A stretch of 24,046 nt of DNA from contig JAWOID010000146.1 in assembly GCA_046484865.1 (NCBI GenBank), positions 1 to 24,046 on the forward strand, written 5' to 3'. A program made the translations under genes and the position numbers. Shown here piece after piece: positions 7,986 to 15,456 of this stretch (positions are counted from its first letter, which is position 1; every line of letters starts with the position of its first letter). The notes below the pieces were generated by a model. The model was not told the origin of the DNA. It did no database searches and saw nothing but the letters and a program-made list of their open reading frames with translations. The stretch is from Candidatus Krumholzibacteriia bacterium. GTDB lineage: Bacteria; Krumholzibacteriota; Krumholzibacteriia; LZORAL124-64-63.

Positions 7986-10076
7986 CTACTTCGCGCTCAG
8001 CACCCAGGTGCCGCGGAACGAACCGTCCTCGCGCAGTGCACGGGCCAGGACCTGCGCGGGCGGATCGTCGCCGGCGGCGTCGAATGCCGCCAGCGCCGCC
8101 AGCGCTTCCCCGGACCGCCCGTCCCGGCAGAGCGCGAGCGACGATCGATACGCCGCCCAGGCGGCCGGCTCCGGCTCGCCCGCGAGCCCGACCACCTCGA
8201 AGACGGTCACGGGCTCCTGCCTGCCGACGACGACCACCTCGCCCAGCTCTCTCGCCACCACCGCGCCGGCCGCCTGCTCCCGGGTGGCGGCCGACACCAG
8301 GATCTCGCTGCCGAAGACCTTGTTCACGCCCTCGAGCCGGCTGGCGAGGTTGGCCGCATCGCCGAGCACGGTGTAGTTGAACCGCTGCTCCGAGCCCAGG
8401 TTGCCCACCACTGCGGGCCCGGTGTGCAGACCCACCCGCATGTGCAGCGCGCAGCCGTAGCGCGACTCCCAGCCCGGACGGCGCCGCGCCAGTTCGCGCT
8501 GGCAGAGCACGGCGGCGCGGCAGGCGCGGGCGGCGTGGTCGGGCACGTCCAGCGGCGCGTTCCAGAAGGCGATGATCGCATCGCCCTCGTACTTATCCAG
8601 CGTGCCACCGGTGGCCAGGACGATGTCGGTCATCGCCGTCAGGTACTCGTTCAGGAGCGACGTGAGCCGCTCCGGATCCAGACGCTCGCCGATCGTCGTG
8701 AAACCGGCCAGGTCGCTGAAGAGGATGGTCAGCGTGCGCCGCTCTCCTCCCAGGCGCAACCGATCGGGGTTCTCGACCAGCTTCTCCACGACCTCGGGGC
8801 TGAGGTAGTGTCGGAACGCCTGCTTCAGGAAGCGACGCTGGCGTCCCTCGGTGGCGTAATTCACGGTCAGCCCGGCCACCAGCCCGCCGGCGGCGGTCAT
8901 CTCGCCCGGAACGAACGGCCACCACCAGCCGCCGAGATACGCCGCCAGCGCCGCCCCCGCCGGTACCGCCAGCACCGCGAACGCCACCAGCACCGTCTGC
9001 CACGCGCGGCGGCTCGCCGCCATACCCAGGCCGGCGAGCACCCCCAGCAGCGCCACCGCCAGGGCGGCCGGTCCGGTCGGTGCCGGCCGCAGGAATCCGT
9101 CGCCGAGCAGATTCTCGAGCGACGCGACGTGCAGCAGGACCCCGGGCGAGACGTCCTGCACGGGCGTGGGCCGCTGGTCCAGCAGGCCGGGCGCCGAGAA
9201 GCCGAACAGCACGTGCCGGCCCGCGAACACCGCCGGGTCGAGCACCGGCTCGCCGCCCTCCTGCAATCGCAGCTCGCTCTGGATCACCGCCGCGGCGCTG
9301 TAGGCCGGGTAGGAACCGGCCGGCGAGAACCGCACCAGGGCGCGCCCCTCCCCGTCCAGCGGCACGCGCGCGCCGCCGGCGCGCAACTCGCCGTCGGCCA
9401 CCGCCGGCGACATCCCGCTCGCGGCACCCCCGGCACCGGTGACGGCGGGTCCGGCCGCCGCGGCGCCCCTCGCCAGCAGGAAGGCCGCGAGGCCCAGCGA
9501 CGGCGTCGAACTCGATCCGCCCTCGCCGGGAACCACGAGCCGCACGCGACGGAACACGCCGTCGGCGTCGGGCGCATCGCTCACGTTGCCCAGCAGCGCG
9601 GCGCCGGCCTCGATCTCGGCAACCGGACGGGTGACCCGGGGAGCGATGCCGCCGGCGGCGGCCGGTCGCACGTGCACGGCCACGACACAGTCCGGGCGCT
9701 CGGCGAGGGCGGCGCCCAGCGCCTCGTCGTCCCACACGCCGTAGAGCGACGGCTCGGTGAACAGCACGTCCAGCGCGATGGTGCGCGCGCCGCCCCGCCG
9801 GCAGAAGCCGACGACGGCGGTGTAGACCTCGCGCGGCCACGGCCACGACCAGCCGGACGCTTCCGCGCCCCAGTCCAGGCTGGCCTGATCCAGGAGGATG
9901 ACCGCCACCGAGTCGGCGGCCGCCGACGGTCGCGCCAGCAGCCGCACCCGGGCGTCCCAGCTGACCGCTTCCCAGCGGTCGAGGGCGCCGGTCAGCCAGA
10001 GCGCCATGCCCAGGATGCCCACCGCCAGCCCCGTCATGGCGCCGAGCGCCAGTTGCCGGCCGCGGCGCGACGCCAT
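7986..10076 (-). CDS. CHASE2-domain class III adenylate/guanylate cyclase
   Basis: N-terminal TM helix. CHASE2 motifs WPWPR, IALDVLFTEPS, DADGVFRR and DQRPTP...PGVLLH. Three TM helices follow. Catalytic motifs ILFSDLAGFT, TLDKYEGDAIIAFWNAP, MRVGLHTG, VGNLGS and YTVLGDAANLASRLEGVNK. Confidence 0.95.
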   Translation of the reverse strand: MASRRGRQLALGAMTGLAVGILGMALWLTGALDRWEAVSWDARVRLLARPSAAADSVAVILLDQASLDWGAEASGWSWPWPREVYTAVVGFCRRGGARTIALDVLFTEPSLYGVWDDEALGAALAERPDCVVAVHVRPAAAGGIAPRVTRPVAEIEAGAALLGNVSDAPDADGVFRRVRLVVPGEGGSSSTPSLGLAAFLLARGAAAAGPAVTGAGGAASGMSPAVADGELRAGGARVPLDGEGRALVRFSPAGSYPAYSAAAVIQSELRLQEGGEPVLDPAVFAGRHVLFGFSAPGLLDQRPTPVQDVSPGVLLHVASLENLLGDGFLRPAPTGPAALAVALLGVLAGLGMAASRRAWQTVLVAFAVLAVPAGAALAAYLGGWWWPFVPGEMTAAGGLVAGLTVNYATEGRQRRFLKQAFRHYLSPEVVEKLVENPDRLRLGGERRTLTILFSDLAGFTTIGERLDPERLTSLLNEYLTAMTDIVLATGGTLDKYEGDAIIAFWNAPLDVPDHAARACRAAVLCQRELARRRPGWESRYGCALHMRVGLHTGPAVVGNLGSEQRFNYTVLGDAANLASRLEGVNKVFGSEILVSAATREQAAGAVVARELGEVVVVGRQEPVTVFEVVGLAGEPEPAAWAAYRSSLALCRDGRSGEALAALAAFDAAGDDPPAQVLARALREDGSFRGTWVLSAK

Positions 10077-10079
10077 CTC

Positions 10080-11033
10080 CTAGAGCACCCCGTGCAGGGC
10101 CGCCCGGAAGCGGACCTTGCGGACCTCCGGCACCTGCAACGGGGGCTGACCCGCCATCGCGGGCGCCACGTCGGCGAGCCGATCCGCGGGCGAAGGATGT
10201 GTCCGCGCGAACCCGGGCGCCGACGGCTGCCAGTTCGCCTTCATATCGGTGAGCATCGCCTCCAGCCCGCGCGGGTCATAGCCGATCCCCGCGAGGATGG
10301 CGATCGCCGCGGCGTCGGCCTCGCTCTCCTGGGTGCGGCTGTAGCCGCTGACCACCAGGGTCTGGACGATGTCGTTCACGCTGCCTTCCAGCGCGGTGAC
10401 GAGACGCGCCAGGTCTTCGCTGCCGAAGTTGCGGGCACCCTCGGCCGCGAGAATGGTGAGCGCGCCGGTCAAGCGGCTGCGCTTGATCGCCTTCAGCCCG
10501 TGGCGTGCCTGCACATGGGCGATCTCGTGCGCCAGCACCGCCGCCAGGGCATCCTCGGTGGCGCAGCAGCGCACCAGGCCGCGGGTCACCAGGATGAGCC
10601 CGCCCGGACACGCGAACGCGTTGATCTCGTCGCTGTCCAGCAGCAGGAAATGGTAGCCGCCGTACGTCTCGGGGCGCTCGCTCGCCAGCGCCAGCGACTG
10701 GCCCAGCTCGTTCAGGTAGCGGTTCGCTTCGGGCGCGTCCAGCGGCCGATGGCTCGCCAGCAGGGACGCGGCCACCGCGCGGCCGATGTAGTGCTCCTGC
10801 TCGGGCGTGAGATCCTCGAACGTCTTCTCCACCGCCACGACCGAACGGTTGATGGAATCCGACTGCTGCTGGTCGATCATCCCCTGATCGACGGCCACGC
10901 CGGTGGCCACGCGGGACACCTGGGCGCAGCCCACGGCCAGCAGGGACGCGGCGGCGAGGCCGAACAGGACGATCGCCGTGGCCGCCGCCGTGAGACGCCG
11001 CCGGAGGCGCCGGAGAGTGCTGCGCGCGGTCAT
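10080..11033 (-). CDS. M48-family zinc metalloprotease, predicted lipoprotein
   Basis: Start placed at ATG 11033 (ATGA overlap with the SH3 gene stop, SD GGAGG); the track's extension to 11462 is a shadow. Lipobox-like LLAVGC; EQEHYIGR, INAFACPGG, LAAVLAHEIAH (HExxH), YSRTQESEAD, GYDP and THPS. Confidence 0.92.
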   Translation of the reverse strand: MTARSTLRRLRRRLTAAATAIVLFGLAAASLLAVGCAQVSRVATGVAVDQGMIDQQQSDSINRSVVAVEKTFEDLTPEQEHYIGRAVAASLLASHRPLDAPEANRYLNELGQSLALASERPETYGGYHFLLLDSDEINAFACPGGLILVTRGLVRCCATEDALAAVLAHEIAHVQARHGLKAIKRSRLTGALTILAAEGARNFGSEDLARLVTALEGSVNDIVQTLVVSGYSRTQESEADAAAIAILAGIGYDPRGLEAMLTDMKANWQPSAPGFARTHPSPADRLADVAPAMAGQPPLQVPEVRKVRFRAALHGVL

Positions 11034-11518
11034 GGCCGCACCTCCGCCGCCGCGTCGCCCACCTGGCCGGCGGCGAGGAACCTCGCGCACTCGTCGGCGC
11101 TGACGCGCCAGCCCTCCATCCGGTCCACCCAGGCGTAGTCGAGCTGGTCGTTGCGGTCGCGGTACGCCCGCTCGGTCTCCTCGTTGAACCCCTTGCCGGC
11201 CAGCGCCAGCTCGTCGCTGTCGGCCGTCACGGCCACGTCCTGTCCGCTGCCGGTGCGCCGCACCTTCTGTTCCGCCACCGCGGAACGGTGCAGCCAGCCG
11301 TCGCGCCCCTGGCCGTCCCGCACCCGCACCCAGGGACCGCGCTCCTCCAGCACCGTCACCCTGGCCCCGTAGGCCAGCCTGGCGCCGGCCCCGGCGAGGA
11401 ACGACGGACCCGACCTGAGCTGCGTCTCGCGCACCTGAACGCTGACCTGCTGGGCCGCCCACGCCACCGCGGTCAGCAGCAGCGCGAGCGCCAGCAGGAT
11501 CGTCAACATCCTGATCAT
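11030..11518 (-). CDS. Secreted SH3-domain (SH3b-like) protein
   Basis: Signal peptide MIRMLTILLALALLLTAVAWA; SH3b-like TQLRSGPSFLA...LAYGARVTVLEERGPWVRV...GWLHRS; C-terminal tail ELALAGKGFNEETERAY. SD AAGGAG upstream. Confidence 0.88.
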   Translation of the reverse strand: MIRMLTILLALALLLTAVAWAAQQVSVQVRETQLRSGPSFLAGAGARLAYGARVTVLEERGPWVRVRDGQGRDGWLHRSAVAEQKVRRTGSGQDVAVTADSDELALAGKGFNEETERAYRDRNDQLDYAWVDRMEGWRVSADECARFLAAGQVGDAAAEVRP

Positions 11519-11540
11519 GAGGACTCCTTCTGCGATGGCT

Positions 11541-11972
11541 TCAGTCAGCGACCCCGCCGGGCACTTGCCGCGGTCTAACGCCGGAGTAGGTCAGGCGCAC
11601 CGTCCGCGAGTAGTCGACGGCTTCGACGCTTGCCAGATACGTGCCGTGCCGGGCCTCGCGGCCGGCTTCGCTGCGTCCGTCCCACACCAGCAGGTGTGCT
11701 CCGGCCGGCAGCAGGCCCTGGTAGACCACCGCCACGTCGGTTCCGTCCAGATCCCGGACGGTCACCGTCACGTCCTGCGCCCGCTCCAGGACAAATTCTA
11801 TCTCGGTTCCGACGCGGTCGCGATCCCGGATGGTGTCGGGGGAAAGGGTGGGCGAGCCGGCGGCCGGCGCCGCCGCCGGTCCGGCCCGGCCCCCGGCACA
11901 GCCGGCGAGCAGCAATGCGACGGGAACGACGGCGGCTACCAGGCACACGTTCAAGGGACGGCGACGCTGCAT
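11541..11972 (-). CDS. Small lipoprotein consisting of a single FlgD-Ig-like domain
   Basis: Last 143 aa of track ORF 11541..13511. ATG at 11972 with SD AGGAGG. MQRRR plus a hydrophobic stretch and lipobox LAGC, an Ala/Pro linker, then TEIEFVLERAQDVTVTVRDLDG...LPAGAHLLVWDGRSEAGREARHGTY. Confidence 0.8.
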   Translation of the reverse strand: MQRRRPLNVCLVAAVVPVALLLAGCAGGRAGPAAAPAAGSPTLSPDTIRDRDRVGTEIEFVLERAQDVTVTVRDLDGTDVAVVYQGLLPAGAHLLVWDGRSEAGREARHGTYLASVEAVDYSRTVRLTYSGVRPRQVPGGVAD

Positions 11973-12050
11973 GATGCCTCCTGCGCACGGGTGGCGGCGG
12001 TCAGACCGGCAGAGCAGGCGGACCGGCCCGAAACCAGAAAAAAGAGGCGC

Positions 12051-12068
12051 TCCGGCCGCCGATTTGCT
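12051..12068 (+). promoter_or_regulatory. Putative sigma-54 (-24/-12) promoter upstream of the aminotransferase
   Basis: tccGGccgccgatttGCt has GG at 12054-55, an exact 10-nt spacer and TTGCT at -12. It deviates from TGGCAC at -24. Confidence 0.35.
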
Positions 12069-12119
12069 ATGGACCTGGGGAAGCAGCCTTCCGCGCCCCA
12101 GCCCGAGGGGGAACCTGTC

Positions 12120-13436
12120 TTGGCCAACCGGCGCGTCTCCCACCGCAACCATGCGCCCGACGTGAACCTCAACCTCAACGTGCGGGGCATGCGGCCGTCG
12201 GCCACCGTGGCGATCAACGAACTCTGCAACGAGATGATCCGCGAGGGCCGCGACATCTACAAGCTCGGACTGGGGCAGAGCCCGTTTCCGGTGCCCAGCT
12301 CGGTGGTGGAGAAGCTGCGGACCCACGCCGACCGCAAGGATTACCTGGCGGTGCGGGGGTTGACTGAACTGCGCTCCGCGGTGGCCGATTACCACCGGCG
12401 GCGCCAGGGTCTCACCTGCTCGTTCGAGGACGTCCTGGTGGGCCCGGGCTCGAAGGAACTGATGTTCCTCCTCCAGCTGGTCTACTACGGGGACCTCGTG
12501 GTGCCCACCCCCAGCTGGGTCTCGTACGCACCGCAGGCGGCGATCATCGGCCGCAAGATCGTCTGGGTGGAGACCGACCGCGACTCCGGCTGGCAGATCA
12601 CCCCGGAACGGCTCGAGGAGATCTGCCGCGAGGATCCCGACCGTCCCCGCATCGTCGTTTTGAACTATCCCAACAACCCCACCGGCGGCACCTACAAGCT
12701 GGAGGAACTGAAAGGACTGGCCGATGTGGCCCGCCGCCACCGCGTGATCCTGCTGTCGGACGAGATCTACGGCGAGCTGCACTTCCGCGGCCAGCACGTG
12801 TCGGTGGCGAGGTTCTATCCCGAAGGGACGATCGTCTCGGGCGGGCTGTCCAAGTGGTGCGGCGCGGGCGGCTGGCGGCTGGGCGTGTTCGTCTTCCCGC
12901 CGTCGCTGCGCTGGCTCCTGGATGCCATGGCGGCGGTGGCCAGCGAGACCTTCACCGCCACCAGCGCTCCCATCCAGTATGCCGGTGTACGGGCGTACTA
13001 CGGCGGCCTCGACATCGAGCGTTACCTCTGGAACTCCCGCCGGGTCCTGCGCGCGCTCGGCCGCTGGTGCCACCGGACCCTCACCGCCGCCGGCCTGGAC
13101 GTGGTGGAGCCCCGGGGCGCGTTCTACCTGTTCCCCGACTTCTCTCCCCTCGCCGAACGGCTGGCCGCCCGCGGCATCCGCACCAGCGCACAGCTCTGCG
13201 CGAGCCTGCTGCAGGACACCGGGGTGGCCATCCTGCCCGGCAGCGAGTTCGGGCGCCCCCGCGGGGAACTGACCGCGCGCCTGGCGTTCGTCAACTTCGA
13301 CGGCGCGCAGGCGCTGGCTGCGGCCGAGGTCTTGCCCCGGGACCAGGCGCTCGACGAGAACTTCCTGCGCCAGGCGTGCCTCCCGACGATCACCGCGATC
13401 GAGCGGCTGGCGGACTGGACCCGCGCGGCCGTCTGA
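12120..13436 (+). CDS. PLP-dependent aminotransferase class I/II (aspartate aminotransferase-like)
   Basis: SATVAINE, LGLGQSPFP, GPGSKE, PSWVSY, NYPNNPTG, SDEIY, GLSKW..AGGWRLG (PLP lysine) and GAFYLF. The start is uncertain: TTG 12120 has SD-like GAGGGG 8 nt upstream, and the in-frame ATG at 12069 is the alternative. Confidence 0.92.
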   Translation: MANRRVSHRNHAPDVNLNLNVRGMRPSATVAINELCNEMIREGRDIYKLGLGQSPFPVPSSVVEKLRTHADRKDYLAVRGLTELRSAVADYHRRRQGLTCSFEDVLVGPGSKELMFLLQLVYYGDLVVPTPSWVSYAPQAAIIGRKIVWVETDRDSGWQITPERLEEICREDPDRPRIVVLNYPNNPTGGTYKLEELKGLADVARRHRVILLSDEIYGELHFRGQHVSVARFYPEGTIVSGGLSKWCGAGGWRLGVFVFPPSLRWLLDAMAAVASETFTATSAPIQYAGVRAYYGGLDIERYLWNSRRVLRALGRWCHRTLTAAGLDVVEPRGAFYLFPDFSPLAERLAARGIRTSAQLCASLLQDTGVAILPGSEFGRPRGELTARLAFVNFDGAQALAAAEVLPRDQALDENFLRQACLPTITAIERLADWTRAAV

Positions 13437-13477
13437 GCGGCCGGGTGGTCGCCCACGCGAACGACTGGAGGTAGGCG

Positions 13478-13681
13478 ATGAATGCGAAGACATTCCTGTT
13501 CGACGCGGCAATCACGATTCCAGTGACATTCGTGGTCGCCGCCGCAGTGACGTATCTCTATGGCTTGATCGCTCACGCATCCGGCCAGGTGAACTGGGAA
13601 ACGGCGTTTCAGCTCGCCATCGTGCTGGGTCTCGTGTTGCCGTTCACGAGAGCGCGCGACGCCGGGCCCACCCGGCGCTGA
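13478..13681 (+). CDS. Small (67 aa) two-TM membrane protein, function unknown
   Basis: Strong SD GGAGGT and ATG start. Two hydrophobic segments are separated by HASGQVNWETAF. The ORF fills the gap between the aminotransferase and the convergent transporter. Confidence 0.75.
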   Translation: MNAKTFLFDAAITIPVTFVVAAAVTYLYGLIAHASGQVNWETAFQLAIVLGLVLPFTRARDAGPTRR

Positions 13682-13710
13682 ACACTGGCCCAAAGCAGCC
13701 GAAACCGGGG

Positions 13711-15456
13711 TCAGCGCGATTCTTTCTCGTGGAATCGCGCCAGGAGTTCCCGGGCGTCGACCAGGGGCGGCGGCTCTGCGTCGTCGAGAGCCGCCTCGCA
13801 GCCCAGCTTGTGCGGCTTGATGCGGAAGCGGGGCTGGCATTCCGCGAGGGCGATGGAGCGGGCGTGGCGGACGATGCGGTCGAGGCTGGCCACGTACTCG
13901 CTGTAGAGCAGGCCGGCCAGCGCGGGAAACGCCCGCTCGCGCACCTTCCCCATGAAGGCCTCGCGGGCCGCGGCGCTGGCGTTCACGTACTCCTCGCGCG
14001 CGTGGAGGATCTTCGCGGCCAGGGGGGCGAACTCCGGCGCGTCGGCGTCCAGCGACTTCATCGTGAGCGCCACGACCCCGCGCGCCTGATGGTGGAGCTC
14101 GAAGAGCCGCTCCAGGGACTCGCGATCCACCAGACCGCGAGGCTGCCGGCGGCGCAGTTCGGAGATCTCGCGGATCCGGTCGATGTGGTCGCCGATGCGC
14201 TCCAGGTCGATCATGCAGCGGTCCAGATGCTGGATCAGCACCGCCTGCCTGCGGGTGAGCCGCCGCATCGCCAGGGACAGCAGGTAATCGCGCAGGGAGA
14301 TCTTGATCTGATCGATCACCTGCTCGTTGCGCTGGACCCGCCGGGAGCGGCGCCGGACGTCTTCGAAGAGCATGACGTGGGCGGCGTGATCGAGGCTTTC
14401 GAGGCAGAACCTCGTGGCACGGCGCAACTCACGGATGACGGCCACCAGCGCCTCTTCCGGCCGGTCCAGCAGGCTGCGGTCGAGATGGCTGGGCTCCGGC
14501 GGCACCCCTCGGCTCGGCACCACGCGCCGGGCCGCCGCCACCAGCAGCGGGCGAGCCGGCAGGGCGATCGCCGCGGCCACGAGCATGATCGCGGTGTGGA
14601 GATTGACGATCTCGTGCGCCAGACCGCCGCCGAGCGCCCGCGCCAGGCCCAGGAACAGAGGCATGGCGGCCGCCGCCAGCACGACATTGCCCAGGTTGAA
14701 GACGAGATGCAGGGCCGCCGTCCGCCGCGCCTCCACGTTGCGGCCGATGCTGCCGAGCAGAGCCGTGGCGCAGGTGCCCACGTGCGCGCCGAGAACGATG
14801 GGATACGCCTGCTCCAGCGTGGCGAGCGCACCGGCGGACGCCAGCGCGATCGCCATGCCGATGGTGGCGCCGCTGCTCTGCACCACCGCCGTGATGGCGG
14901 TGGCCACCAGGACCCCGCGCAGTAGCCCGAGCGGCGTGGAGCCGTCCATCAGTTCCAGCCAGGGCCGCACGACGTCGCGGTAGGGCTCGATCCCCGCCTT
15001 CATGAACTGCAGGCCCACGAAGATCAACCCCAGGCCCAGCAGCGCGCCGCCGAGGTAACGCAGCAATCCGACCGGCGCCGTCACCCGGGCCAAAAAGCCC
15101 AGCGCCACCAGCAACAGTGCCAGTTCCTCCAGCCGCAGGGCCACCAGCTGCATGGACAGGGTGGTGCCGACGTTCGCGCCCACCACCGGCGCCGCGGCGG
15201 CCGTCAGATTCAGCAGCCCGGCGTCCACGAAGCCGACCAGCGCCACCGTGGCGCCGCTGCTGTGCATGGCGAAGCCCGCCATCGTTCCCAGCCCAAGCCC
15301 CAGCATCCGGTTGCCCGCCACCCGCATCAGCAGCCAGCGCAGGCGCGCTCCGGCGGCGCCGCTCAGATCCGAGGTCAGGATCTGGATGCCGAACAAAAAG
15401 AGGGCCAGACCGCCGAGGATCATGCCCGCCAGGATGATGGCGCCGTGAGGGCTCAT
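13711..15456 (-). CDS. Na/Pi cotransporter family protein (SLC34/NptA/YjbB-like) with C-terminal PhoU-like helical domains
   Basis: GGLALFLFGI, HSSGAT, GANVGTT, VQSSGAT, GAHVGTCATALL and HLVFN motifs; C-terminal EQVIDQI and DLERIGDH. Start placed at ATG 15456 (ATGA overlap with the upstream gene). Confidence 0.92.
   Translation of the reverse strand: MSPHGAIILAGMILGGLALFLFGIQILTSDLSGAAGARLRWLLMRVAGNRMLGLGLGTMAGFAMHSSGATVALVGFVDAGLLNLTAAAAPVVGANVGTTLSMQLVALRLEELALLLVALGFLARVTAPVGLLRYLGGALLGLGLIFVGLQFMKAGIEPYRDVVRPWLELMDGSTPLGLLRGVLVATAITAVVQSSGATIGMAIALASAGALATLEQAYPIVLGAHVGTCATALLGSIGRNVEARRTAALHLVFNLGNVVLAAAAMPLFLGLARALGGGLAHEIVNLHTAIMLVAAAIALPARPLLVAAARRVVPSRGVPPEPSHLDRSLLDRPEEALVAVIRELRRATRFCLESLDHAAHVMLFEDVRRRSRRVQRNEQVIDQIKISLRDYLLSLAMRRLTRRQAVLIQHLDRCMIDLERIGDHIDRIREISELRRRQPRGLVDRESLERLFELHHQARGVVALTMKSLDADAPEFAPLAAKILHAREEYVNASAAAREAFMGKVRERAFPALAGLLYSEYVASLDRIVRHARSIALAECQPRFRIKPHKLGCEAALDDAEPPPLVDARELLARFHEKESR

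Noticed and set aside
5516..10076. Possible CBASS/Pycsar-type anti-phage system (cyclase plus cNMP-binding membrane effector plus MBL protein)
   Set aside because: The cyclase is a membrane CHASE2 sensor with ATP-type specificity residues, not a soluble PycC or CD-NTase. The effector is a full MscS-family channel and there is no defence-island context. A defence role cannot be strictly excluded without testing.
11034..13511. Long N-terminal extensions in track ORFs 10080..11462, 11517..13436 and 11541..13511, which look like fusions
   Set aside because: The extensions overlap other real genes. Internal starts with SD sequences or coupled overlaps (11033, 12120 or 12069, 11972) explain the true proteins.
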